Of a stretch of DNA of 64,000 bases, positions 25,493 through 39,089 are shown in pieces. The position numbers and the translations under genes were made by a program. The stretch is from Mobula hypostoma (Eukaryota): the NCBI RefSeq assembly GCF_963921235.1, contig NC_086108.1, forward strand, positions 102,798,001 through 102,862,000, given 5' to 3'. The notes beneath the pieces were generated by a model. That model had not been told where the DNA came from and did not search any database. It was given only the letters and a program-made list of their open reading frames with translations. How positions within the stretch are numbered: position 1 is the first letter of the stretch; every line of letters begins with the position of its first letter.

Positions 25493-25928
25493 TAGAAAAC
25501 CTACAACACAATACAGGCCCTTCGGCCCACAATGCTGTGCTGAACATGTCCTGACTTTAGAAATTACCCAGGATTACCCATAGCCCTCTATTTTTCTAAG
25601 GTCCATGTACCTATCCAGGAGTCTCTTAAAAGACCCCATCGTTTCCGCCTCCACCACCGCCGCCGGCAGCCCATTCCACGCACTCACCACTCTCTGCGTA
25701 AAAAGCTTACCCCTGACATCTCCTCTGTACCTAATTCCAAGCACCTTAAAACTGTGCCCTCTCATGTCAGCTACTTCAGCCCTGAGAAAACGCCTCTCAC
25801 TATCCACACGATCAATTCCTCTCATCATCTTATACACCTCTATCAGGTCACCTCTCATCCTCCGCAACTCCAAGGAGAAAAGGCCAAGTTCACTCAACCT
25901 ATTCTTATAAGGCATGCTCCCCAACATA
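25493..25928 (-). mobile_element. CR1 LINE 3' fragment (relatively young)
   Basis: ORF RLSELGLFSLELRRMRGDLIEVYK...TQRVVSAWNGLP and CR1 tail. Confidence 0.9.
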
Positions 25929-26934
25929 CTACTGAGAGGTTCATTTTCTTGCAGGCATTCACAATAGAACAAAGAAATACAATAGAATCAATGAAAAACT
26001 ACACACAAAGACTGGCAACAACCAATTTGCTTAAGAAGACAAACTGTGTAAATATATACAAAAAATATTGAGAACATGAGTTGTAGAGTCCTTGAAAGTG
26101 AGCCCATAGTTCGTGGAATCACTTTGGAGTTGAGGTGAGTGAAGTTATCAGCACTGGTTCAGAAGCCTGATGTTTTAAGATAATAACCGTGACTGAAACT
26201 GGTGGTGTGGGACCTAAGACTCCTGTACCTCCTTCTTGATGGCAGCAGCAAGATGAGAGCATGGCCCGAATGGAGGGAGTCCGTGATGATGGGTGTTGCG
26301 CTCTTGTGGCTGTGCTCTTCGCAGGTACAGTATGCTCAATGATGGTAAGAGAAAGTTATTAAACATATTAGAGTTAAAATTAAACTTCTCTTAAAGCCCT
26401 CCTTACCTTAACCCATCCTTACTCCATTACTTCTTGCCTTCTCCTACAATGTGTCTTGAAGGGTCAGAAGGGACTTGAAGGGCTGAATAGTTTCATGTCC
26501 AATGAATAATTAACTTTAACCTCCTTATCCTCATCCTCAAACTGTCAGCCAGTGACCTCTCTGAGAAGCTACGAAGGGTTCATTGAATGTTGGAGAAGGC
26601 AGAAGACAGTTCTGACTGCACTGTCAAAAGGGCAAGTGAGAGTTATATTGAAAGAGAAGGTTTGGAGAATGCCTAGTGAATAGTATACAATAAACACAAG
26701 AGATTCTGCAGATGCTGGAAATCCGCAGTAACACGCAAAAAGTGCTGGGGAAACTCAGCAGGTCAGACAGTATCAACGGAGAAGTCGATGTTCTGGCCAA
26801 GTCCCGATGAGGTGTCTTGGCCCTAAACATCGACTCCTTACTCCTCTCCATTTAAAAGTGGATAGAGCACCTTCAAGTATAGATAGAAACAGCAATGGAT
26901 TTTTAAGTTACATTTACTTTGCATTTTAAGGGTT

Positions 26935-27225
26935 AGAGATCAAAGATCAAAGATCAGCTTTATTTGTCACACATACATCAAAGCATACAATGAAATTAAT
27001 TGTTTGTGTCAATGATTTACATAATCTGAGGATGTCCTGGGGCAGTCTGCAAGTGCCGCCATGCTTCCAGCTCCACAACTTACTGCTACTAACCTGTAGG
27101 TCTTAGGAATGCAGGGGGAAACCCATGCAGTCACGGTGAGAACATGCAAACTTCTCAATTGAACCCAGGTCACTGTGCTGTAAAGCATTCTGCTAGCCAC
27201 TGTGCAGTACGACCATGCCAATAGG
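26935..27225 (-). mobile_element. V-SINE head joined to a non-CR1 tail ending in (GATCTTT)n
   Basis: tRNA-like head and V-domain, followed by a tail similar to 13730-13870. Confidence 0.6.
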
Positions 27226-28309
27226 TTTGTACATAGTACTCCACGTGCGGTGTCAATGAGGACCTATTGTTGCATAATCAAGTACTTAAGTACATTTATT
27301 ATCAAAGAATGTATAGATTACACAATCTTGAGATTTGCTTGCTCATAGGTAGCCACAAAGCAATAAACCCAAACGAACCCAATTAAAGAAAAAAAAGAAT
27401 ATAATTAAAAATAAAAGACCAACACTGGATGTTCAAGAGAAAGAAGAAAAAAATCATGCAAACAATTAAAGCAAGCTAAAGTTGAGTTCAAAGTTGAGCC
27501 ATTTGGAACCAAAGTTGAGTTTTCAGACCTGAACCCCAGAACGGCCCGGAGGAGACCCAAAGCCTCGCTTGTCGGATCAGGAGTGATTCCTCTCTTCTGT
27601 GCACTCTGTGCGCACTTCTCACGACCTCAGTAAAGCAGCCAGCATGATCAAAGATCCCACTCACTCCAGACATTCTGTCTTCTCCCCACTCCCATCAAGC
27701 AGATAAATAATCTGTCATACCTCCCATATACCTCAAAGTGTGTCCTGTTCATTGAGCTACCTTCAAGTGCAGTAATTTATGGAGGCAGGTCTCAGGTGCT
27801 AAAGTGAAATAAGACAAATAATCACAATCTGATTTGTTTAATGGAGCTTCTCACTGCAATTATGGCTTTTTTCCAATCTTTCGTGATCTGGAATACATTT
27901 CTTGCAAGGATGGTAGAAATATATCAATTGAAAGGGATTTTAATTCATAAAGAGAACTAAAATATTGCAGAACCAGAAGAAAGAATTGGTGGAGTAGGAT
28001 CATGAAGGGGGTATGTGGAATTATTTAAATGGCACTCGCCAACATTATGGTTTCCTACATTATCTGACATTCTTCAACATTCTTCTGAAGATGAGCAGAA
28101 AAGGATTGGTCCAAATAAGTCCAGGAGCCGTGTGAAAAAAAATATTATTTCCAAGCTGCATATGGAGATAGTAATGCAGATGGTCAACAATTTATCCAAA
28201 GCAATAACTTTTAAAGAAAATTTTAGTGGAAGGAGAGGTATTGTGGTAGGGAGATTTCAGAACTTCAGGCTTGGAGTACTGAAATATGGTTCCAATGTAC
28301 CCACTGGAA

Positions 28310-29400
28310 AAGGGGAAGCGGTCCTGTACAGTGAGGATAGGGATTTAGGGAAGAAAATGTAGAGCAAGACCTCCAAGGAAGTAATCTCCAGATTACTCCC
28401 AGTGCCACATGCTAGTTAGGGCAGGAATAGGATGATAGTACAGACGAATGAGTGACTGAGGATCTGCTGCAGAGGGCAGGGTTTCAGATTTCTGGATCAT
28501 TGAGATCTCTTCTGGGGAAGGTATGACCTGTACTAAAAGGATAAGTCGCACCTCAACCAGAGGGGACTAATAACCTTGCAGGTTGGTTTTCTGGAGCTGT
28601 TAGCGAGGATTTAAGTGAATTTAACAGGGAGATGGGAACCAAAGTCATAGGGCTAAGGATGGGACCGATGATATACAACTAGATGCAGTGTGTAGTGACA
28701 CTGTGAGGAAGGACAGGCAGATGACAGGACAAAATTGCAGTCAGTAAGAATGTAACATCTGGGGAAAAACAAAAAAGGGTGATAAATACAGGACTGAAGG
28801 TGTTATATATGAATGCACACAGTATACGGAATAAGGTAGATGATCGTGAAGTGCATTTAGAGATGGGCAGGTATGATGTTGTGGACATCACTGAGTCAAG
28901 GCTGAAAGAAGATCGTAGTCAGGAGCTATGGTAGCGTAGCGGTTAGTGCAACACTATTACAGCTCGAGGCATTCTGGCATTTGCAATTCAATCCCACTGC
29001 TGTTTGTACGTTCTCACCGTGACCACATGAGTTTCATCCAGGTGATCCAGTTCCCTCCACAGTCCAAAGACATACCGGTTAGTAGGTTAATTGATCATTG
29101 TAAATTGTGCTGTGATTAGGCTAGTGTTAAATTGGTGGGTTGTTAGGCTGGAAGAGCCTGTTCTCCACTGTATCTCCAAGAAATAAGAAATAAGAGAAAA
29201 CATCCATGGATACACATTGTATCAAAAGGACAGGCAGGTAGGCAGAGGGAGTGGCGGGGCTCCGTTGGTTTAAAATGAAATCAGATCTTTCAAAAGAGGT
29301 GACGTGGGACTATGGGAAGAGTTAAGAAATTGCAAAGATAAAAAGACCCTGATGGGAGTAACATACAGGCCTCTGCACAGTAGCTAGGACAGGGGCTACA
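28310..29400 (+). mobile_element. Old CR1 5' region: ORF1 esterase (SGNH-like) and ORF2 endonuclease remnants
   Basis: Degenerate VIS.LLPVP...CRGQGFRFLDH and LKVLYMNA.SIRNKVD motifs; similar to 59065-59870. Confidence 0.75.
28925..29200 (+). mobile_element. V-SINE inserted in the CR1 endonuclease region
   Basis: Head ggtagcgtagcggttagtgca, V-domain, tail ctgtatctc...aaataa. Confidence 0.8.
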
Positions 29401-29594
29401 AATAAGGAGGCTCTATGTCCTCTCGGTGGAATATGTGGGTTTTCTCTGGTGCTACAGTTTCCTACCACAGTCCAAAGAGAGGAATTGGTCATTGTAAATT
29501 GTTCTATGATTGACTGGGTGAAATTAGGTGTTGCTGGGTGACGCTGCTCGAAGGGCCAGAAGGGCCTATTCTGTGCTGTATCTAAATAAATAAA

Positions 29595-30410
29595 TCAGAA
29601 TCAGAATCGGGTTTATTATCACCGGCATGTGTCGTGAAATTTGTTAACTTAGCAGCAGCAGTTCAATACAATACATTATATAGAAAGAAAAATATTAATA
29701 AGTAGATCAATTACAGTAAGTATATATGCGTATATTAAATAGTTAGATTAAAAATAGTGCAGAACAGAAATAACATATATTAACAAAAAGTGAATAGTGT
29801 TCATGGGTTCAATGTCCATTCAGAAATCGGATGGCAGAGGGGAAGAAGCTGTTCCTGAATCACTGAGTCTGTGCGTTCAGACTTCTGTACCTCCTTCCTG
29901 ACAGTAACAGTGAGAAAAGGGCGTGCCCTGGGTTTTGGGGTTCCTTAATAATGGATGCTACTTTTCTGAGGTACCACTCCATGAAGATATCTTGGATACT
30001 ATGGAGGCTAGTACCCAAGATGGAACTAACTAATTTTACAAATTTCTGTAGCTTCTTTCAGCCCTGTGCAGTAGCCCCTCCCCGCATATCAGACAGTGAT
30101 GCAGCCTGTTAGAATACTCGCTATACATTTATAGAAGTTTTCAAGTGTCTTAGGTGACAAGCCAGATCTCTTCAAACCCCTCATGAAATATAGCTGCAGT
30201 TCTGTCTTCTTTATAACTGCATCAAAATGTTGGGACCAGATTAGATCCTCGGAGATCTTGATACCCAGAAACTTGAAACTGCTCTCCCTCTCCATATCTG
30301 ATCTCTCAATGAGAATTGGTTCATGTTCCCTTGTCTTACCCTTCCTGAAGTCCACAATCAGCTCTTTCATCTTACAGATGTTCAGTGCCAGGTTGTTGCT
30401 GCGACACAAT
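29595..30410 (-). mobile_element. Rex1/Babar-type LINE 3' part
   Basis: ORF CRSNNLALN..KMKELIVDFRK...SFKFLGIKIS; (CTGATT)n tail near 29595. Confidence 0.85.
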
Positions 30411-30460
30411 ATGAAGAAATATGAAGGTTAGCTAGCCAATAAAATAAAAGAGGATACAAA

Positions 30461-32686
30461 GGTTCTGAACTTAAAGAGGGGTAACTTTGAAGGTATGAGA
30501 CGTGAATTAGCTAAGATAGACTGGCAAATGACACTTAAAGGATTGACGGTGGATATGCAATGGCAAGCATTTAAAGATTGCATGGATGAACTACAACAAT
30601 TGTTCATCCCAGTTTGGCAAAAGAATAAATCAAGGAAGGTAGTGCACCCGTGGCTGACAAGAGAAATTAGGGATAGTATCAATTCCAAAGAAGAAGCATA
30701 CAAATTAGCCAGAAAAAGTGGCTCACCTGAGGACTGGGAGAAATTCAGAGTTCAGCAGAGGAGGACAAAGGGCTTAATTAGGAAGGGGAAGAAAGATTAT
30801 GAGAGAAAACTGACAGGGAACATAAAAACGGACTGTAAAAGCTTTTATAGATATGTAAAAAGGAAAAGACTGGTAAAGACAAATGTAGGTCCCCTACAGA
30901 CAGAAACAGGTGAATTGATTATGGGGAGCAGGACATGGCAGACCAATTGAATAATTACTTTGGTTCTGTCTTCACTAAGGAGGACATAAATAATCTTCCA
31001 GAAATAGTAGGGGACAGAGGGTCCAGTGAGATGGAGGAACTGAACGAAATACATGTTAGTAGGGAAGTGGTGTTAGGTAAATTGAAGGGATTAACGGCAG
31101 ATAAATCCCCAGGGCCAGATGGTCTGCATCCTAGAGTGCTTAAGGAAGTAGCCCAAGAAATAGTGGATGCATTAGTGATAATTTTTCAAAACTCCTTAGA
31201 TTCTGAACTAGTTCCTGAGGATTGGAGAGTGGCTAATGTTACCCCTCTTTTTAAAAAAGGAGGGAGAGAGAATCCGGGGAATTATAGACCGGTTAGCCTA
31301 ACGTCGGTGGTGGGGAAACTGCTGGAGTCAGTTATCAAAGATGTGATAACAGCACATTTAGAAAGTGGTGAAATCATCGGACAAAGTCAGCATGGATTTG
31401 TGAAAGGAAAATCATGTCTGACGAATCTCATAGAATTTTTTGAGGATGTAACTAGTAGAGTGGATAGGGGAGAACCAGTGGTTGTGGTATATTTGGATTT
31501 TCAAAAGGCTTTTGACAAGGTCCCACACAGGAGATTAGTGTGCAAACTTAAAGCACACGGTATTGGGGGTAAAGTATTGATGTGGATAGAGAATTGGTTA
31601 GCAGACAGGAAGCAAAGAGTGGGAATAAACGGGACCTTTTCAGAATGGCAGGCAGTGACTAGTGGGGTACCGCAAGGCTCAGTGCTGGGACCCCAGTTGT
31701 TTACAATATATATTAATGACTTGGATGAGGGAATTAAATGCAGCATCTCCAAGTTTGCGAATGACACGAAGCTGGGCGGCAGTGTTAGCTGTGTGGAGGA
31801 TGCTAAGAGGATGCAGGGTGACTTGGATAGGTTGGGTGAGTGGGCAAATTCATGGCAGATGCAATTTAATGTGGATAAATGTGAAGTTATCCACTTTGGT
31901 GGCAAAAATAGGAAAACAGATTATTATCTGAATGGTGGCCGATTAGGAAAAGGGGAGGTGCAACTAGACCTGGGTGTCATTATACACCAGTCATTGAAAG
32001 TGGGCATGCAGGTACAGCAGGCGGTGAAAAAGGCGAATGGTATGCTGGCACTTATAGCGAGAGGATTCAAGTACAGGAGCAGGGAGGTACTACTGCAGTT
32101 GTACAAGGCCTTGGTGAGACCACACCTGGAGTATTGTGTGCAGTTTTGGTCCCCTAATCTGAGGAAAGACATCCTTGCCATAGAGGGAGTACAAAGAAGG
32201 TTCACCAGATTGATTCCTGGGATGGCAGGACTTTCATATGTTGAAAGACTGGATGAACTAGGCTTGTACTCGTTGGAATTTAGAAGATTGAGGGGGGATC
32301 TGATTGAAACGTATAAAATCCTAAAGGGATTGGACAGGCTAGATGCAGGAAGATTGTTCCCGATGTTGGGGAAGTCCAGAACGAGGGGTCACAGTTTGAG
32401 GATAAAGGGGAAGCCTTTTAGGACCGAGATTAGGAAAAACTTCTTCACACAGAGAGTGGTGAATCTGTGGAATTCTCTGCCACAGGAAACAATTGAGGCC
32501 AGTTCATTGGCTATATTTAAGAGGGAGTTAGATATGGCCCTTGTGGCTACGGGGATCAGGGGGTATGGAGGGAAGGCTGGGGCAGGGTTCTGAGTTGGAT
32601 GATCAGCCATGATCATAATAAATGGCGGTGCAGGCTCGAAGGGCCGAATGGCCTACTCCTGCACCTATTTTCTATGTTTCTATGTT
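30461..32686 (+). mobile_element. Young 5'-truncated CR1 (HER1-like) LINE inserted into an older CR1
   Basis: ORF2 nearly open (30495-30950 and 30935-32593, one frameshift); tail gggccgaatggcctactcctgcaccta-(TTTCTATG)n. Confidence 0.95.
30935..32593 (+). pseudogene. CR1 ORF2 reverse transcriptase, probably inactive
   Basis: YRPVSLTS, YLDFQKAFD, GVPQGSVLGP; catalytic FADD reads FAND. Confidence 0.9.
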
Positions 32687-33552
32687 TAAAAGATTTTTCA
32701 GATATATAAAGTGTAAAAGAGAGGTGAGGGTTGATATCGGACTGCTGGAAAATGATGCCGGAGAGGTAGTAATGGAGGACAAAGATATGCCGTTGATCTT
32801 TATAAGTATTTAGTGTCAGTCTGCACTGTGGAAGATACTAGCAGTATGCCAGAAAATCAAGAGCAATGGGATAGAAGTGGTGTTGTTGCAATTACTAAGG
32901 AGAGGTGCTTTGCAAAGCCGAGAGGTCTGAATGTAGATAGTCACGTGGATAAGGTAGACTACATCCCGAGGCTCTGAGAGAGGTAGCTGAAGAGATTGCA
33001 AAGTCATTAGTAATGTTCTTTCAAGAACCTTTAGATTTTGGAATGGTTCTCAAGAACTGGAAAATTGCAAATGTCACTCCACTTTCAAGAAGGGAGGGAA
33101 GCAGGAGAAAATAAATTATAGGCCAGTTAGTCTGACCTAAATTGTTGGGAAGATGTTGGAGTCCATTATTAAGAATGAGGTATCATGGTACTTGGAGGCA
33201 CATGTAAAAGTAGGCCAAAATCACCATGGCTTCTTTCAGGGGAAACCTTGCCTGACAAATCTGTTGGAATTCTTTAAGGAAGTAATAGACAGGGTAGAAA
33301 AAGGTGAATCAGTGGATGTTGTTTACCAATATTTTCCGAAGGCCTTTGACTAGTTGCTGCACATGAGGCTGCTTAACAAGATAAGACCCCATGGTGATAC
33401 AGGAAAGATACTAGTGTGGATAGAAGATTGGCTGAATGGCAGGAGGCAAAGAACGGGAGTAAAGGGGGCCTATTCTGGTTGGCCATTGACTAGTGGTTTT
33501 CTGCAGGAGTTGGTATTGGGACCACTTCTTTTCACATTGTATGTCAATGATA

Positions 33553-33843
33553 GTTAAAGTTAAAGTCTGTCTCAAGCCTTATAGGTTCATCAGGCCGGTG
33601 CCCGTGGCGTGAAACAACTGAGAGTACAAGACTCCCCCCCCGCCCCGCCCCCGGAAAGGACGCTAGTCTATCGCAAGGTTAACCCCCAGAATTTTGCCAG
33701 TACCCTTTTTCAGCCAGGCGGACTGGAGCAGTGATGTTTAAGTGCCTTGCTCAAGGACACAACACACTGCCTCGGCTGGGGCTCAAACTTACGACCTTCA
33801 GATCGCTAGTCCAAAGCCTTAACCACTTGACCACGCGCCACAC
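33553..33843 (-). mobile_element. Full-length tRNA-derived SINE with a CORE-like motif
   Basis: 12-bp TSD ATGTCAATGATA (33541-33552, 33844-33855); head gtggtcaagtggttaagg; gtgtccttgagcaaggcacttaa; (ACTTTA)n tail. Confidence 0.85.
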
Positions 33844-34284
33844 ATGTCAATGATATAGATGACGAAATTGATATGTTTGTGGCCAAGTTTGTGGGCGATA
33901 CAAGGATAAGTGGAGGGGGAGGTAGTGTTGAGGAACCAGGGAGTCTGCAGAAGGACTTAGACAGATGGTCATGCAATTTGGTAGAAGGAATAAGGACGTA
34001 AGTGGGGAGAAAATTCAAAATTCAACAATCAGAGATGCAAACATACTGAGGAGACCTTGTGCTAGATTCCCTGCAGGTTAACTTGCAAGTTGAGTCAAGT
34101 GGTGGGAAAGGCAAAAGCAATGTTAGCATTCATTTTGAGAGGACTGGAGCATAAGAGTAAGGATATATTTCTAAGTCTTTATAAGACATTGATCAAATTA
34201 CACCTAGAGAATTGTAAGCAGATTTGGGCCCCTTATCAAAGAAAGGATGTGCTGGCATTTGGAAGGGTTCACAGGAGGTTCATA

Positions 34285-34875
34285 TGCATTAAGAAATGAT
34301 ACAATGCTTTTCCAGAATGATATCACAGAAACACATGACAAACCGACTTAAAAACTGACAAAAACCACATAATTATAACATATAGTTACAACAGTGCAAA
34401 GCAATACCATAATTTGACAAGAACAGACCATGGGCACGGTAAAAGTCTCAAAGTCTCTCGAAAGTCCCATCATCTCACCCAGACGGTAAACCTCCAGCGC
34501 CGCAAACTTGCCGATGCAGCATCCTGGAAGCATCCGACCACAGTCCAACTTCGAGTCAGTCCGAAAACTCCGAGCCTCCGACCAGCTCTTGGACACCGAG
34601 CACCGAGCACCATCTCTGCCGAGCACTTCGACCCCAGCCCCGGCAACAGGCAATAGGCAAAGCCGAGGATTTGGGGCCTTCCCCTCCGGAGATTCTCGAT
34701 CGCACAGTAGCAGCGGCAGTGAAGCGGGCATTTCAGAAGTTTCTCCAGATGTTCCTCTGCGCTTCTTCACATCTGTCTCCATCAAATCAGGATTGTGCAC
34801 GGCATCCTACTTCACAGATACGATATCATTCGGAACGGCCGCACGTGCTGCGTCATGCCGCCATCTTCTCCTCCC
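34285..34875 (-). mobile_element. Non-autonomous retroposon family X (about 650 bp, starts GGAGAAGATGGCGGC)
   Basis: Homologous to 58400-59060 and to 53130-55410. Confidence 0.8.
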
Positions 34876-35439
34876 TCCAATAATGGGGGATCTCATTGAA
34901 ACCTATTGAATATTGAAAGACCTAGAGAGAGGGGATGTGGAGAGCATGTTTCCTGTAGTGAGAAAGTCTAGAACCAAAGGGCACAGCCTCAGAATAGAGG
35001 GATAACCATTTAGGACAGAAATGAGGATGAATTTCTTTAGCCAGAGGATGCTGAATCTATGGAATTCATTGGCACACAGTCTGTGGAGGCTAAGTTATTG
35101 TATATATTTCAGGTGGAAGTTGATAGTTTCTTGATTAGTCAGGACGTCAAAGTTTACTGGGAGAAGGCAGGAGAATGGGGTTGAGAGGGTTAATAAATCA
35201 TCCATGATGGAATGGCAGATCAGACTCAATGGGCCGAATGGATTAATTCTACTGCTATGTCTTATATTGTTATTTCTCAAGAGTGGATGAGATAGAACAG
35301 ATTCCCATGAGTGTGAAGCGAAGACCATTAAATTAGTAAATTGGTTCATTATTATCACACGTATTGAGGTACACTGAAAAGCTTTGTTTTGCATGCCATT
35401 GATATAGATCACTTCATTACATCAGAACTGCACAGAAAA

Positions 35440-35990
35440 AGGATCTTTTGCCCATCTGTCCATACCAAACTGTTATTCTAGTCCCATCAACCCTCACCTG
35501 GACCATAGTTTTCCATATTCCACCAATCCAGGTACTTATCCAAGCTTCTCTTAAATGCTGCAATTACACCCACATCCACCACTTCTGTTGGCAGCTTGTT
35601 CCATACTCTCACCACCATCGGAGTGAAGAAGCTCCCCCTCAGATTCCCCTTGAATACTTCACCTTTCCCCCTAAACCTATGACCTCTTGTTCTAGCCTCA
35701 CTCAACCTGAGGGGAAAGAGAGTACATGCATTCACCCTGTCTCTACCTGTCATCATTTTATATACCTCTACAAGATCTTCCAAAACTGGACACAATACTC
35801 CAAATTAGGCCTCACCAACGTCTTATACGATTTCAACATAGCATCCTAATTCCTGTACTTTATGAAGGGCAAGAAGCTCTTTTTACAACCCTCTCTACCT
35901 GTAACGCCACTTACAATGAATTATGGATCAGTATTCCGAAGACTACCACACTCCTCAGTGTTCTGTCACTCACTGTGTAAGTCCTACCCT
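35440..35990 (-). mobile_element. CR1 3' fragment
   Basis: DLVEVYKMM...TRGH...VVRVWNKLP. Confidence 0.8.
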
Positions 35991-36984
35991 GGTTTGTCCT
36001 CCAAACTTCAAGCCAACACACTTATCTGCATGTGTAAGTTCTAAAGAGACAAATGTTCAGATCTCTGGTCCAGCCAATATCTGTTCCACCTCTCTTGGAA
36101 AGAGACGGAACTATCTCGCCAGCCAGAGGTTTAACTGGTTCATCGAACCTGGAGCAGTTTAGAATCACACCTGAAGGCTGGCACTTGCTGGAAAACATCC
36201 CATCACAGCCTGCATCTTAAAGCTAGAACACAAGGTTCTCCGATGAGAATGGCCTCATTAGTGACTAAGTGGAATGGCTGCCAACTTGGCCCCAGTGTAT
36301 TTGCTTAGCATTGCGCTGCTGAGAGTGAAGGGGACAAACTCCGTGGTGAACTAACCAAGCCTTAACTTCTAACAGCTTTGAGCGTGATCAGCCTTTTCAC
36401 ATTCATCTGTTACTTTCCCTTATGTAATACTATGAGCTTCATTGCTGATCGTATTTGTGACCAACATGCAAAATACTATATTTTGACGTATTGTATTAAG
36501 CTGGAAAGACCGGCAGTGGTTAATTTGTTGTGTTAGTATAAAATGTCATCTCTGTGCATTTCAACCCATTTTAATCTTTGATTCCAGAGGCTGCAGTCTG
36601 TGAGGAGTTCTTGCATTCAATAATACCGTGACTAGACTGTAATGCATTTTAAACAATTTAAAACTAAGGTCAATTTGTACCGTTCTCACCTACGGAGACA
36701 GAAGATTGTCACACAGTGTGATACTCAGGTATTACAGTGATGTTAGAAATGCCACCTTCTGGCTGGGACATGCCACACAGAGTCCAGACCTGCTCACAAA
36801 AGATGCCAGGGTACACTTTGAGAAAGGCCAATACACTGCAGTACTGCTGCAAAAATACAAATTTCATGACATTTGTCTGTGATGATAAACCTGATTCAGA
36901 TTCTGCCGTCCAAGACATTTTGTTTTAACCTTCAAAAAATGCTGAGGCTTAATAAAGTATCGGTCGCACTTCAAGTATTTTAAG

Positions 36985-37530
36985 CAGTTTTAGACCCCTT
37001 ATCTTAGAGAGAAAATGTGCTGGTGTTGGAGAGAGTCCAGAGGAGGTTCACAGGAATGATCTTGGGAATGAAAGGGTTAATGTATGAGGAAGCTTTGGCA
37101 GCTCTGGACCTGTATACACTGGAGTTTAGAAGAATGGGGTGGCGGGGTGGGGGGGGAATCTCATTGAATATTAAAAGACCTAGATAGAGTGGAAGTGGAG
37201 AGGATGTTTCCTATAGTGGGGGAAGCTAGGACCAGATGGTGCAGCCTCTGAGTACAATAATTTCACTTTAGAACAGAGATCCGGAGGAACTTCTTTAGTC
37301 AGAGGGCGGTAAATCTGTAGAATTCATTATCACAGATAACTGTGAAGGCCAAACCATTGGGTATATTTAAAATAGAGATTGGTATGTTTTGGATTAGTAA
37401 GAATGTCAAACCTTATAGGAAGAATGCAGGAGAATGGTGTTGAGAGAGAAAGTAAAACAGCTATGATCAAATGGTGGAGCAAACTCGATGGGCAGAATGG
37501 CCTAGATCTGCTCCTATGTCATATGGTCAA
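36985..37530 (+). mobile_element. Old CR1 3' fragment
   Basis: Degenerate LERVQRRFTGMI; tail gatgggcagaatggcctagatctgctcctatgtc. Confidence 0.8.
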
Positions 37531-38680
37531 AAATTTTGTTAGCTATTGTTGGAAGTCTGCTGTGTGCAAACTCACTTTTATTACTCCTACAATACAATAG
37601 AGCAGCTCTTGAAAAATACTGAAATTTCTACAGAAAAGAGTAACCCAAAATGTCAACTATGTACTCTTTTGCTGCCTGACCTGCTGAGTTCCTCCAGCAT
37701 TTTGTGTGTGTTGCTTTGGATTTCCAGGTTCTGCAAAATTTCTCATATTGGTGGTACATAAGTTCTATCCTTACTTCTGATACTTTCCAGTCTCCACAGG
37801 AACACAAAACTCTTCTGTTTATGTATTGAAATCTCATCAAGGTTTGGATGTTTCTTTTTTTTGCCCCAAATCTGGAAGAAGTTGCAGAGTTGTGATCACA
37901 GCCCAGTCCATCATGCAGACTAACCTCCCCTCTATTGACTCTGCCTACACTTCCCACTGTCTCCGAAAAGCAGCCAGTTTTATCAAGGAGTCCTCCAATT
38001 CCAGATATTCTCTCTTCCCCAACCTACACACCCCAAATTCCATTGAGCAAAACATGCAAAAGCCTGAAAGCATGATTCAAGGACAGCTTCTATCCCACCC
38101 ACTGTCATTAAGTTCCTGAATAGACTTCCCATATGCTACAGGTTAGCTCTTGAAAGCTTGATCTCCCAATCTACTTTGCCATAGCCCTTGCACTTTATTT
38201 GTCTATCTGCACTACACTTTCTCTGCACCGGGAATATTATATACCGCATTATGTTTTCTTTCTACTACCTTGACACGGTACATCATTAAAGACCCCTCAC
38301 ACCCTCTCCATGAACTGTTTGTTCTTCTGCCATCAGGCAAACGTTACAGGAGCATCAAAACTAAAACCACAAGGCTACTAAACAGCTTCCTCCCACAGGC
38401 AGTCAGACTGCTAAATAGCTGCTCTACCTGACTCTGCTTTGGACACTTTTAACTTGCACTGGACACTTATAACTGATTTAACTGACATGTGGCTGTTGTG
38501 TTTTACTATTTATTGTTATGTTTATTATTTAGTGTTGCATTTGTTATGTAATGATTGTACTGCCCCTGAGGAACGCTGTCTCATTGTGCCCTGCAGAGCT
38601 GATGTTTGGTTAGAATGACAATAAAGTTTTTTGAATCTTGAATCTTGAATCTTGATGTAATTAGATATGGCATGATCTTT

Positions 38681-39020
38681 GGGTGGCAGGGTGGAGATAC
38701 GTCTCTACCAAAGGAGGTGTAATGTGCACCTTCCCTCCGCAAGCCTGCAGGTCAGCCTTAGGCACCCCACTTCGATCAGGGTCACGTGAAGCCACAGGAG
38801 CAGGTGGTGGATGGTCGTATGAGCAGCTGGTGCATATCCCAAGTCCTGGTTATGCAACCATTGACATCAGGCAGACAATCTCTGAAGAGTACTGATAAAG
38901 ACACAGCCCAGAAGAAGGTAATGGCAAACCACTTCAGTAGAAAAATTTGTCAAGAACAATCTAGGTCATGGATAGACCATGATTGTCCATGTCATATGAC
39001 ACGGCACATGATGATGATGA
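38681..39020 (+). mobile_element. RTE-associated SINE-like element
   Basis: gaaggtaatggcaaaccacttc motif and (ATG)n tail; copies at 1-62 and 20085-20443. Confidence 0.7.
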
Positions 39021-39089
39021 TCTGTCTGGATGACACACGAAACAAAATATTTTCACTGTATTTTGGTACAGCTGGCAATAATAAACCGT

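Larger units (their letters stand above)
32687..35270 (+). mobile_element. Older degenerate CR1 ORF2 hosting nested insertions
   Basis: Fragments CLTNLLEFF, KAFD and KAMLAFILRGLEHKS, plus a 3' tail near 35230-35270. Confidence 0.8.

Noticed and set aside
34348..34909. 130-150 aa ORFs in family X copies
   Set aside because: Reading frames are not conserved between copies; consistent with GC-rich non-coding repeat
36588..36599. 12-nt micro-exon
   Set aside because: Weak donor (TCT|GTGAGG); too short to support from sequence alone
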